From Octopus sinensis (lineage: Eukaryota), in the NCBI RefSeq assembly GCF_006345805.1, contig NC_043015.1:6944001-7008000 (forward strand): a stretch of DNA of 64,000 bases. The letters are read 5' to 3'. Below, piece after piece: positions 39,665 through 50,768 of the stretch. A model generated the notes under the pieces. It saw only the letters and a list, made by a program, of their open reading frames with translations. It was not told where the DNA came from and ran no database searches. The translations under genes and the position numbers were made by a program. How positions within the stretch are numbered: the stretch's first letter is position 1; every line of letters begins with the position of its first letter.

Positions 39665-39678
39665 AATATATACATATG

Positions 39679-39739
<61 letters not shown>

Positions 39740-40359
39740 GTATGTGTGTATATATATATACCCATTAAACATATACGGTATAGAGATACTCTCCCTATAG
39801 ACTGTCGTGTATAACCAGGTATACATGTTCTACAGTTACATTTAAATACTCGAAATGTTTTACATGTGGTTTGAAGAGATATTACAAAGATTTTCACTCA
39901 ATTATTCTTCGCGACGTTCGTAAATGTACAATTATATATAAATGCTTGTATAGATGTCTAGCTAAATAAAGGGAGATAATTAAATTTAGTAGCTTGAATA
40001 CTGACGCCAATATTACGTCAATGAACAAACTATTTCATTCTTTACAAGTAATTCCACGTAGCATAAAGAAGGTCGTACAATGTGTTTTCATAAATGTAAT
40101 CAGGATAGTCTTTGTACGATGTAATATTAGTTGTGTTCCGTGATATCTGAAGTACGTGCAGATGACCTTTAGTGGGTAGGTGCATATGGAGCGTTTATAT
40201 GATATTAGTATGTCTCTAAGTATATATTGTCAGTGTTTGTGTCGTATAATATTTCGTATTCATCCGGGAAATGCTCTACATAGACAAGATTTATTTAACA
40301 TTTTGAAAGAATTGCAGGTATTGTTTTGAATATCTACAGATGCAGTGACTTGTTGCTGT

Positions 40360-40725
40360 TGAGTGAATGGTCTTCGTTCCAGAGCTCGCAAGATGGGAGA
40401 AGTCCGAAACGTGGTCCTTTGCTATTCGTAAGACCTGCAGAAGAGAAAGCAGGTCAACCCCCGACACCGAGAGCATCGATGATGGATGAATGCGCATCCA
40501 GGCTCAACGGTTGCGTAGGAAGTCGGGGACAAGAAACAGGAAGAAAGAGTGAGAGAAAGCTGGAGCGAAAGAGTACAACAGGAGTCGCCACCACCCCCTG
40601 CCGGAGCCTCGTGGAGCTTTAGGTGTTTTCGCTCAATAAACACACACAACGCCCGGTCTGAGAATCGAAACCGCGATCCTCCGACCGCGAGTCCGCTGCC
40701 CTAACTATTGGGCCATTGCGCCTCC
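40360..40725 (-). mobile_element. tRNA(Arg)-like-headed SINE (family F)
   Basis: Minus strand GGAGGCGCAATGGCCCAATAGTTAGGGCAGCGGACTCGCGG...GGTTTCGATTCTCAGACCGGGCG; 3' limit approximate. Confidence 0.7.
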
Positions 40726-42049
40726 GCTTGCTGCTGCTGCATTGAACAAGATGGCTTCTACAGACCCGTTCATGTCAGGTTCGTGCATTCACTTGTCATA
40801 TAATCATATTTACTATATATATGGCATACATTTTGAGAAAAAAAAATGTCAATACGTGGTATGCTTTAAGGTTTGTTCAAAGTGGTTGACCTATGAGCGC
40901 TGGTGTATTCGTTTTCAGTACTCCTTTGAAGTTCAGTATTTAGCTGTTAGCTACATAGTCTACATTTTAATTTACTCTTGCAGTTATTTATTATCTGTTA
41001 GTCCTTTCTTTCTTTTATACTGATACATTGTTTATTTAAACACCTCTCGGACATTGTAGATAGTATCATGCAATCTATGTTTGTCTTTAAAGAACACCTC
41101 TTAAACTTACACCTTCAATTCATTGGACTTACTTCAGACAGTCATATTTTATCACGTTGTTTATTGTCAGCTTTTATTCTAGTTTTTAGTTTGCAACTAC
41201 TACAGAACAATGCCGAATGTCAGCAACAGAAGCATTGGCCATTTTTATGTCACTGATGGAATATGCTGATCGGAAGTGGTAAATTCTGCATTTACTAACA
41301 ATGTTATTGTTATGCTCATAGGTAACAATAATATTGCTATCTTTACTTATACTGTTATCATTACAAAGTTCTGTTCACAGCACCACGAAATAAATTGTAA
41401 CACCCTTTATAGCTCCCATATTTAATGGTGTCTACTTTTTTCTGCTGTGGTATCATTTTATTTTTCATCCACTGGTCTATGTCTAGTGAAAGATGTATCT
41501 GTGTATATTTTCTAGCAGCATGTATGACGTTGGAGTATTTATGACTGGAAGGAAATAGCTTTGAACAAGATAGAAATACATTTGTTCCATCCGTATTATG
41601 CTTTATCTCTTTGTCGCTGGAAATATCTTACAGCTGTTTTCTATGTATTTGGATAACTTGATAACACCAACCGCTAAAGGGTACAATGAAAAAGAAAAAA
41701 ACCTTGAAAGAACAAGACCAGCAAATACTACAGAAATAAATACTTAAACCAACAGTACATGAAATCACAAAATTATACAGGAAAGTTTCTCGATAACTCG
41801 CTAACTTCCAGTTGTTGTAATAAACTAGAATGTTCCTTTGAACAAAGCAATGGGTTCGGCTTACACTCCGAACGATTTTTTCAAATATAATTCAAAATAA
41901 ATTTAGAAATCAATACATTGTTAACAACAGTAAAAACCTGGTATTCGGTGGAGAAATATGCAAAGCAAAAGGATTGCCAAGGAAGAGCGTACTGAGAGTG
42001 ACAACCGCAACGCTTTAACCATCGCGGGAAACTAGACAACAAGACAGAT

Positions 42050-43090
42050 GATACTTAAAAAATAACACACGCACAAAAAAATAAATCAGAAAGGGATGTT
42101 ATTCCAAATATATTTTTTTGTTCCTGGCGTTATCAATTAGCTTGCTAACTTAAGCAGGAATCAGAAGCAAATGCTACGGGAGTACGAACGAATATGGATA
42201 CTCTTGGACGTATATTGAAGATACAAAACAAATGGAAACACTTTTATACACAGCGCACGGAATTTTTTTGCGAAACATGAAACTTGATTTAGGAAAAATG
42301 CGGCAAGGCAACTCTGAAAAGAGGAAAACGAATATAAAATAAAACAATGGTAAGTAGCTTGTCAAACAACCACATGGTTCCGGGTTCAGTACCACTGCGT
42401 GCACCTTGGGCAAGTGTCTTCTACTATTGCCTCGGGCCAACCAAAGCCTTGTGACTGGATTTGGTAGACGGAAACTGAAAGAAGCCCGTCGTATATATGT
42501 ATATATTTATGTATATGCGTGTCTGTGTTTGTCTCCCAGCATTGCTTGACAACCGATGCTGGTGTGTTTACGTCCCCGTTACTTAGCGGTTCGGCAAAAG
42601 AGACCGATAGAATAAGTACTGGGCTTACAAAAGAATAAGTCCCGGGGTCGAGTTGCTCGATTAAAGGTGGTGCTCCAGCATGGCCGCAGTCAAATGACTG
42701 AAACAAGTAAAAAGAGAAAGACTTAGACTTTGGTTTATTAAATGACACCTAAGAGAATTAGACCGAACAGAGCTACAGATACCAATAAATCAATTGAGTA
42801 GACATAGTACAATGCTCACGAATGAAAGAAAAGTTAAGGATGTCAAATTATAGACACATTGTAATACTACTTTCTCTGGCATCGCGCCTAGGTAAAGAAT
42901 TGTAATATTAAAACTTAAGACAGAGATAAATGCAGTAAATAAGATAATAGGTATCAATACGCTAACATTTACGCTAATAAGTCATAGTTATAATAATCTC
43001 AACTGGAAGTTAACTGAATTAGCAAGTCTAGACAGGAAAGCAAGAAAATTCCTGAATGCACTTAGTATATACCACTTGAAAGTCGAAACA
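42050..43090 (+). mobile_element. Decayed R4/Dong-like LINE RT remnant interrupted by a SINE
   Basis: Peptides LGKCGKATLKRGK before the SINE and LKTEINAVNKIIGINTL...NWKLTELASLDRKARKFL after it resemble R4-clade RT and thumb. Confidence 0.55.
42348..42720 (+). mobile_element. SINE family C
   Basis: Colinear with the reverse complement of 39227-39664. Confidence 0.92.
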
Positions 43091-43362
43091 GAGATTGTCA
43101 GTAGTAAATTATTATAAACGTAGTATTTTCGCAGCGTCAAAAGTGAGGACATTTTTGTTAATTGTAAAGAAAGTTTTTTTCCAATACGAAAAATAAAATT
43201 TCATTTTGACGGCTTGTTCACTACACAAACACACACATAATATACAGAAACACGCGCGCACATACACATACACACGCACACACACACGTTTTGCATTTCA
43301 TGGTTTAATCTAAAACGCATAAAGAAGTAGACAAAATATAGTTAATATTTTTGAGCGTATAA

Positions 43363-43595
43363 GGCGGCGAGCTGGCAGATTTGTTAGCACGCCAGGCGAA
43401 ATGTTTTGCGGTATTTCGTCTGCCGCTACGTTCTGAGTTCAAATTCCGCCGAGGTCGACTTTGCCTTTCATCCTTTCCAGGTCTATAAATTATGTACCAG
43501 TTACGCACTGGGGTCAATGTAATCGACTTAATCCGTTTGTCTGTCCTTGTTTGTCCCCTCTATGTTTAGCCCCTTGTCGACAATAAAGAAATAAG
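43363..43595 (+). mobile_element. SINE family A, full length
   Basis: Colinear with 36939-37168. Confidence 0.92.
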
Positions 43596-43780
43596 AAATG
43601 TTAGCACGCAGGTCAAAATGCTAAGCTGCATTCCGTCCATCTTTACCTTCTCAGTTCAAATTCCACCGTGGTCAAAATTGCCTTTCAACTTTGCGGGGTC
43701 AATAAAATAGAGACCGTTTGGGCACAGGGCTCGATTACATGGAGCTACCCACTTACGCTGGCCTTGCCAAAACTTGAAAT
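43596..43780 (+). mobile_element. Older 5'-truncated SINE (family B-like) fused behind family A
   Basis: gttagcacgc...gttcaaattccaccgtggtcaaaattgcctttc...gccttgccaaaacttgaa. Confidence 0.65.
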
Positions 43781-43784
43781 ATAT

Positions 43785-43842
<58 letters not shown>

Positions 43843-43896
43843 GAATGTGTGCGCGTATAAATATATATATGTATGTGTTTACGAATGAATACATAC

Positions 43897-43925
<29 letters not shown>

Positions 43926-43927
<2 letters not shown>

Positions 43928-44340
43928 CTGGACCACAAAAAGAAACGTCGCACACATACTGAGTTGAAACAGTTTTATTAACAGACTGCCATAGCATTGA
44001 TTGAAGAGTGCTAATTAAGAAACCATTCTTTTCTAATGATAACACGTCATATCCTGAAACATGTTTGACGTCACATGGTGTCACATGATGGCTGAGTGTC
44101 CTGTATCCAAAGTCATGAACCCAATATCTCGTGTGAGCACCGTTAGCGTTGATTACCGCCTGACATCTTCTGCACAGTGAGTGCACTAAACGATTCATGA
44201 AGGGCATGACGATAACAGCCCACACTCTGTTAAAACTTGTACCGAGTTGTGTCGCAGTTGTCGGCATTGGACGGATGTCATTTACCCTTCTTTGGATTTC
44301 GTTATACAGGTACTCTATGAGGTGCAAGCTGTGCCTTCAG
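43926..44340 (-). mobile_element. Tc1-like transposon right end (transposase C-terminus + TIR)
   Basis: LIEYLYNEIQRRV...LVHSLCRRCQAVINANGAHTRY matches the Tc1 C-terminus; end TA-TACTGGACCACAAAAAGAAACG. Confidence 0.75.
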
Positions 44341-44615
44341 CTCATTTTCGGTGTTACAACGAATTATGTTGGTCTCCCGTTCAACTGCGCCCCACACATA
44401 ATAATAAAGGGGGTTTGCAGTTTGGGAAGTTAGATGGCCAGATGTTAGGAGTGATATGGTCACAGAAACTGTCTGACAGACATGACTGGGTTCTCCTGCT
44501 AGTAAGACATGGTGCAGATATAAGGTCTTCCAGCAGCCATCCAGGGTAGAACTACTTCCTCCAGGCAGTTGATGTAGGCTTCCCCGTTGAGTGTAAGGCC
44601 GTATGGGAAGATAAA
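44341..44615 (-). mobile_element. maT/DD37D-type mariner transposase fragment
   Basis: FPYGLTLNGEAYINCLEEVVLPW, HITPNIWPS and NPLYYYVWGAVERETN in shifted frames (WPPNSPDxNPLDYxVW-like). Confidence 0.65.
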
Positions 44616-44685
44616 TGCCATGCAGTGGGACCGAACTCGGAACCATCTGAGAAGTAAGCTTCTTAACATGCAGCGACATCTGCAC
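44616..44685 (-). mobile_element. SINE family C head fragment
   Basis: tgccatgcagtgggaccgaactcggaaccat. Confidence 0.6.
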
Positions 44686-45611
44686 CTGTTCACACACACA
44701 AACACACAATATAAAACTTACTGAAAAAATAATTAATCACTGTATTATGAAATACTATCATAAAGTGCTGTGACGAGTTTACAGAACGAAAATTTCCAGA
44801 GACAGACAAAATCATAATTTAGTGAAACATACTGGTTCACATAGATAATTAGATTAATGTAAATCCGCTGGTTGTTATTATCGATGAAAATCGATGAATA
44901 ATATATACTCCTTTAGAAAATAAAAATCACAATGGATGGTTGAATGTATCTCTGTGAGGTAAGTCAAAACTAACCAATTATAAAGATTTAGATTCGGATA
45001 ACCAGAAAATTGAAATTGAAACTAGAAACTCTTCCTATAAAAATAACCGTTTTTCTTTCCTTCTTGTAAATGATAGAGTCGCAGTTAAATAGATAAACAT
45101 AACCCTAGGGTTTGTTGACATGCAAAACACAAGTTTACACATAATATATATACAAATATATATATATACACAAATTTACACATAATATATATATATATAT
45201 ATACAAATTTACACATAATATATATACATACATATACACACAGAAATTTACACATTATATATATATACATTTGCGTGTACATATACACACACATACGGAC
45301 ATACATGCATGCATACATGTATATATATATATATATACAGAGAGAGAGAGAGAGAGAGAAATAGGGAGAAAGAGATAGAGAGACAGAGGGAGAGAGAGAG
45401 ACAAATAGATTGATCTATATACGTAAGATGTAGATAGATCTATGTATATAAGATAGAAAAAAATTGGCTTTTCGCATAAATCGAATTACTTGTCAACGCA
45501 ATAAATAACTGAAATAAAAAATAGAAACCACAGTGAAATTCGTTTACGTAACCATGACAGAGTTGATCTCAGTCATTCAGTGGGAATACACTATAACAAA
45601 ACAATTCAAAT

Positions 45612-45965
45612 TAATAATAATAATAATAATGAGAAGAAGAAGAAGAAGAAGAAGAAGGTGGTGATAGAAGAAGAAGAAGAAGGTGGTGATAGAAGAAGAA
45701 GAAGAAGGTGGTGACAGAAGAAGAAGAAGACGAAGAAGAAGAAGAAGAAGAAGAAAAAGAAGACGAAGAAGAAGAAGAAGACGAAGAAGAAGACGAAGAA
45801 GACGAAGAAGAAGAAGAAGACGAGGAAGACGAAGAAGACGAAGAAGACGAAGAAGAAGAAGACGAAGAAGACGAAGAAGAAGACGAAGAAGAAGACGAAG
45901 AAGACGAAGAAGAAAAAGAAGACGAAGAAGAAGAAAAAGAAGAACAAGAAGAAGGAGAACAACAA
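45612..45965. repeat. (AAT)n followed by (GAA)n/(GAC) compound repeat with three GGTGGTGA(T/C)A interruptions
   Basis: Direct reading. Confidence 0.95.
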
Positions 45966-46276
45966 CAAGATCACTCAATGAGTGCAAACCTTCGCCAAGG
46001 CGACACCAACGTCTTCTCAACGATTAGCCAGAGATGATTCTTAAAAGAAGAACATCTGAAATAAACTCGACTGCTCTCACAAACGACAATATTAAAAATG
46101 AACCCAACCACTCTAAAAAATTAAGCAAAATAAAAACAACCCGAAATAATCCAAAATCCTTGCCTGGTACCAAATCAGTTTCATCCAAATCCATTCAGCG
46201 GTTCTTGAGATATCTTGGCCCCGGACAAACAAACAAAAACGACTGAAAATGATACCACCACCTCCGTTAAGGTGGA

Positions 46277-46282
<6 letters not shown>
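45964..46282 (-). mobile_element. Complete DINE-1/HINE-like non-autonomous Helentron
   Basis: 5' TTACCTCCACCTTAACGGAGGT (subTIR + palindrome), (TTTG)n tract, core GATATCTCAAGAACCGCTGAATGGATTTGGATGAAACT, 3' subTIR CCTTGGCGAAGGTT, stem-loop CACTC-ATT-GAGTG, terminus TCTTGTT. Confidence 0.78.
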
Positions 46283-46336
<54 letters not shown>

Positions 46337-46553
46337 CTGTTTTATTGTAGGCACAAGGTCTGAAATTTTTTGGAGAAGTGATAGTCGATTATATCGATCC
46401 CATTGCTCATCTGATAATTATTTTAGCGATTCTGGAATGATAAAATGGAAAGTCGACTTTGGCGGAATTCGATCACGGAACGTAAAGATGAGTAGAATGC
46501 TGCTAAGCATTTTGCCACTCATGCTAGCGATTTTGCCGGCCCGCCGCCACCTT
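46337..46553 (-). mobile_element. SINE family B, full length, next to (AAT)n 46279-46336
   Basis: Head GGTGGCGGCGGGCCGGCAAAATCG, core aagtcgactttggcggaattcga, tail AATTTCAGACCTTGTGCCTACAATAAA. Confidence 0.78.
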
Positions 46554-46587
46554 AAATAGCAGCAACGACAACAGAATTTTCATGAGA

Positions 46588-46675
46588 AAAGTCGATTACG
46601 TCGAACCCAGTACATAACTGGTACTTATTTTATCAACCCCGAAAGGATGAAAGGCAAAGTCGTCCTCCGTAGATT
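46588..46675 (-). mobile_element. SINE A/B core fragment
   Basis: aactggtacttattttatcaaccccgaaaggatgaaaggcaaagtcg. Confidence 0.75.
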
Positions 46676-46678
46676 TAG

Positions 46679-46718
<40 letters not shown>

Positions 46719-47700
46719 CAATTCTTTTTTATTGGCCACAAGGGCTGACACGCATGATTACATAAAGGGACAAGACAGGACGAAAGGTTACAAAGGGTTT
46801 TGTCCGTTTGTTAAAAAAATCCGTGTAAAAAACTTTAAAGCAATGATTATTAAAAACAATGAAAAACTCCCAAAAGGGGGAGACGTCTCGAAATGTTCCC
46901 GGTGGAAAAAACCCTACAAAAGTCAACGGGAGCCTGGTCAAAAAAAGGGGGTGTAGAGAGTCCCCTTTCTTCTCCTTTTACATTACCTTTTTCTTTGAAA
47001 TCACAGGCGAAACCTGAGAACTGGTCCATTTATACAGGCCAGTCTCGCACAATTCACCCACCTTTCATAAAACTTGCTATCGGACAGCACTTTCCTCTCT
47101 AACCTCATCTTCCTTTTCAAGTGAAACTTGAAAAAGTTGATGAGGCCTTGACCAAAGAGGAAAGTGTCTGACTTAGCCCTTTCAAACGAGTCCACCACAC
47201 GACTTCTTTCGCCACAGCCACAAGGCACAAGAAAACGGCCTCGCCCTCCTTGTTAAAGGAGGTCGGCGGGGCAATCTTCACTATGGATTCGGCCGATAGT
47301 CGGATCCGTCCTACGCGTGACAGTAGCTGTTCGACATAAACCCATATTTCAGCAATACTCGGGCACTGGACGAGTGCGTGCAGAACGGTTTCGTCGTCCT
47401 GGCAACACCTCGGGCAGGCCCGGCTGACGGCACTTCCGTGCCGGTAGAGTTTATCTCGAACAGGCAGAGCCCCTCGGTAGCACTGCCAGGCGAGAGACCT
47501 CTGGAAATTATCCATCGGCCCCGGCCCGAAAGTCCTCCCGAACAGACCGCTCAGTTCGTCGTCTTCAACGCCTAGAGTTTCCCCGAGAACGTCGTCGCAT
47601 TTTTCCTCCACTAACCCTCTATAGAACGCTAGAGTGGAGCTGTAACCGACCGCATTGCCCGCCTGGTGGAGGGCGGAGAGGGCTTGACGGCACTCGAGGT
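46719..47700 (-). mobile_element. Second Tx1-subfamily copy, 5'-truncated (ORF2 C-terminus + 3' UTR), flanked by (AAT)n on both sides
   Basis: ORFs 47117..47611 and 47001..47228 align to copy 1 (RSLAWQCYR.ALPVRDKLYRHGS, CPRC..DETVLHALVQC); 3' end CAGCCCTTGTGGCCAATAAAAAAGAATTG then (ATT)n. Confidence 0.92.
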
Positions 47701-47711
47701 AATAATAATAA

Positions 47712-48235
47712 CATAGCTTCTGATCTTAACTGATTGGAAGTATTATCATGTACATTGTTTTGTCTTGGTATAAAAGATGGGCTACAGCAAATATTCTGCT
47801 CAATACCACAGATTTGCTTGTCAGTTGTTTGACCTTAACCAGTTGAGCATGCCCCTTAGTAGCTGACGATATGTGCATCTCTGATCACGAACAGAAGTAG
47901 TGGGGAGCATCATAGTCGTGTGCTGAAATGAACTCTTAAAGTTTTTGATAATTCACCTTTGGAAACATGGGTGTTTCGTTCAACATCCTTAAACAATCCT
48001 TATTCAAGGACCTTTTGAGCAGGAAAGCCTACTCGACCCGAGGAAAATTCTAACTAGGCCCCACCTGCAAGATCATGTGCTGTTTATCTTGATATGAGAT
48101 CACCATGACGCGCACATATGGTTGTGAAGCATGTGCCTGGTGTACCCTTATCAGACGAATAGTCATGATGGGTATACTGGGTTTCGTATATTTTACCCCA
48201 GTGTCACTTTGATGGCATGCACTGCTCTCTCACTC

Positions 48236-48267
<32 letters not shown>

Positions 48268-48276
48268 TAATAATAA
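47712..48276 (+). mobile_element. Family D repeat, second copy (slightly 5'-truncated), (AAT)n tail
   Basis: Colinear with the reverse complement of 21123-21650. Confidence 0.85.
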
Positions 48277-49185
48277 CCGTTTCTCCTTGAGGTACAAGAC
48301 CCGCAATTTTGAAGGGTGTGGGTGTCGATAGTTGATTACATCCAATCTAGAACTGAACATGTGGTGTTATTTGTAAACATGCAAAGGTTGAACGGCAAAT
48401 TCCACCTCAGGTATATCTGAACTCAGAACTTAAGTTGCGAGGAATGCAAAATATACTTTTCCGTGTGAGCTACAACCTATAAAGCTAGTGTAATATGGAC
48501 GATAAGAGCACTCTACTTTCCTAAATTCCTTCCATTCCAAATATTCTCAGCAAGCTAGGTTGTGTAAAAGTGTACCTGAAATTTTCGGCCGTAACCAAAC
48601 AATTCATGACCCTAAATGTTGTGGAAGGCAATGATAGACTTATATATATTATGCATCAATAATCTATCATGACAAGATAACATGGCAAGAAGAAATTACA
48701 TTTTAAGGGGACATGATACTCACTATTTTTCTCCTGAATCAATGCATTATTCGAAAAGTCGTTTCCTAATTTACATTTTCTGAGCAGATATCTCCAATGT
48801 CCAATGTTGCTTTTAATGCTACACATAGTATCTTAGCCTTCTGCACTGCTGTAAAGTTCAGAGTGGCCTTATATTTTTCTTTCCTTTCGTTTGTTTGTTT
48901 TGTATAATGTGATATATCTCTACGATGAATTTGGCTTCAAGTATTAATACAACTTTTTAGGATCAGTAAACTCGCTTCTTGACCACATATTGTTGCGGGT
49001 CAACTTTGCACTAGCAACATGATCATAGTTTTGTGTAAAACGGCAGATAAACCTAATGGCACCTGAACTCAGAAAGTAAAGCGCCTGATAAACAGCATGG
49101 TATTTTGTGCAACGTTCTCAAAATTCTATTCATCGCTTAAATAATAACAATAATAGTAATGATAATATTGACGGTGACGATGATG

Positions 49186-49222
<37 letters not shown>

Positions 49223-50332
49223 TAAATAACAACAATATTAGTAGCAACAACAAAAGAACAGATCACTGATAATAAATTTTGATTACAAGTTTTAGAAGTA
49301 TGAGAGATGTCTGAAGAAAAATTGTAAATGAATTAGGAAACTTTAAGAAATATGGAAGTGACTGAAAGAAAGATTTCTATCATTATTAGAAGGAGTTGAA
49401 AGCAACAGATTATTCTTAGAAGTAAAAAAAGAAATTATGTGATGCATGAACACATAATGCAAATATATATGAATCACAGTTACAAAAGATCTGCTATATT
49501 CTAGAGAAGCACGGTTTATAGGAATAATAGACGTTGAATAGAAGACACAATCGAAAAGAGCGGAGTTAAGTTTGAAAAGAAGACAAGAAAGACAAAACTT
49601 CAAGATACATTTCATTCTGTTTTCTTCGATATAAATGTGAAAAATAAGACTTATGTGACATTACATCAGAGATATAGATTAACATAAAATAATTGTACTG
49701 GTGATAATACAAAAGAATAAAGACGGCGTCCAGCAAAATTAATAGATACCTATTGTGGATCAAACATTATCAAGAAAATACTATCCCCGTGAAGAAAAAC
49801 AAAATGAAATGCAGATATTGAAGTCAGTCGAATAAAATAAAACTGTTCCTGACACGTATGAATCATAAGTGTGCCGGTCAAGCTTATGGAATAATATACG
49901 AGAACATAAAAGCAATGCTTACTGGATACAGTAGTTGCACAGAAGTTGTTAGAAAAATAATCTACCATGATGCAATAACAAATCTACTTAGAAAATAAAT
50001 ATAAAATGTAACTCGATAAAAATACGCAGAGGAGGATATCGTAATCGAATGGGTAGAATGGAGATGAAGTTCAATATTTTGACTTAAAACACTTAGAAAT
50101 CCGAAATATAATTATAAAATTTCACAGAACTTAAAATTTAAGAAGGGCTAACATATCTTTAACTGAGAGAGTACCTCAGCAGATACTAAGAACAATCAAA
50201 TTACTGAACTTGATGATATAAAACTAGTACTATCGTCACCAGAATATATTTGCCATTACTGAAATTTAAATAGTTTGAATACAAATGTGCCTTTGTAAAA
50301 ATTGTCTCTAAAGATAAGTTTAAAATATAAGA

Positions 50333-50486
50333 GTGGCGGTGTGGTAAGTAGCTTGCGTACGAACCACATGGTTCCGGGTTCAGTCCCACTGCATAGCACC
50401 TTGGGCAAGTGTCTTCTACTATGGCCTCGGGCTGACCAAAGCCTTGTGAGTGGATTTGGTAGACGGAAACAGAAAGAAACCCGTTG

Positions 50487-50521
<35 letters not shown>

Positions 50522-50635
50522 GTGTATACGTGTGTCTGTGTTTGTCCCCCCCCCAACAACGCTTGACAACCGATGCTGGTGTGTTTACGTCCCCGTAAGT
50601 TAGCGGTTCGGCTTAAGAGACCGGCAGAATAAGTA
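50333..50635 (+). mobile_element. SINE family C, 3'-truncated
   Basis: Colinear with 42348-42620. Confidence 0.9.
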
Positions 50636-50637
50636 AA

Positions 50638-50768
50638 AGAGGTGTAGCAGTGGCTGTGTGGTAAGTAGCTTGCTTACGAACCACATGGTTCAGGGTTCAC
50701 TACCACTGCGTGGCCACAGTAAAATGACTGAAATAATTAAAAGAGCAAAGAGCAAAAAGAGTAAGAGC
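50638..50768 (+). mobile_element. Internally deleted mini-copy of SINE family C (head joined to tail)
   Basis: ...ccactgcgtggcc|acagtaaaatgactgaaa...aaaagagcaaagag. Confidence 0.8.

Noticed and set aside
40751-40790. ATG in good context (MASTDPFMS) followed by CAG|GTTCGT
   Set aside because: Too short, weak donor, adjacent to a SINE head, no supporting downstream exon
45577-46037. Poly-E/D, poly-R, poly-F and poly-L ORFs
   Set aside because: All frames of a (GAA/GAC) repeat; the right end runs into a Helentron-like element and there are no supporting splice or start signals
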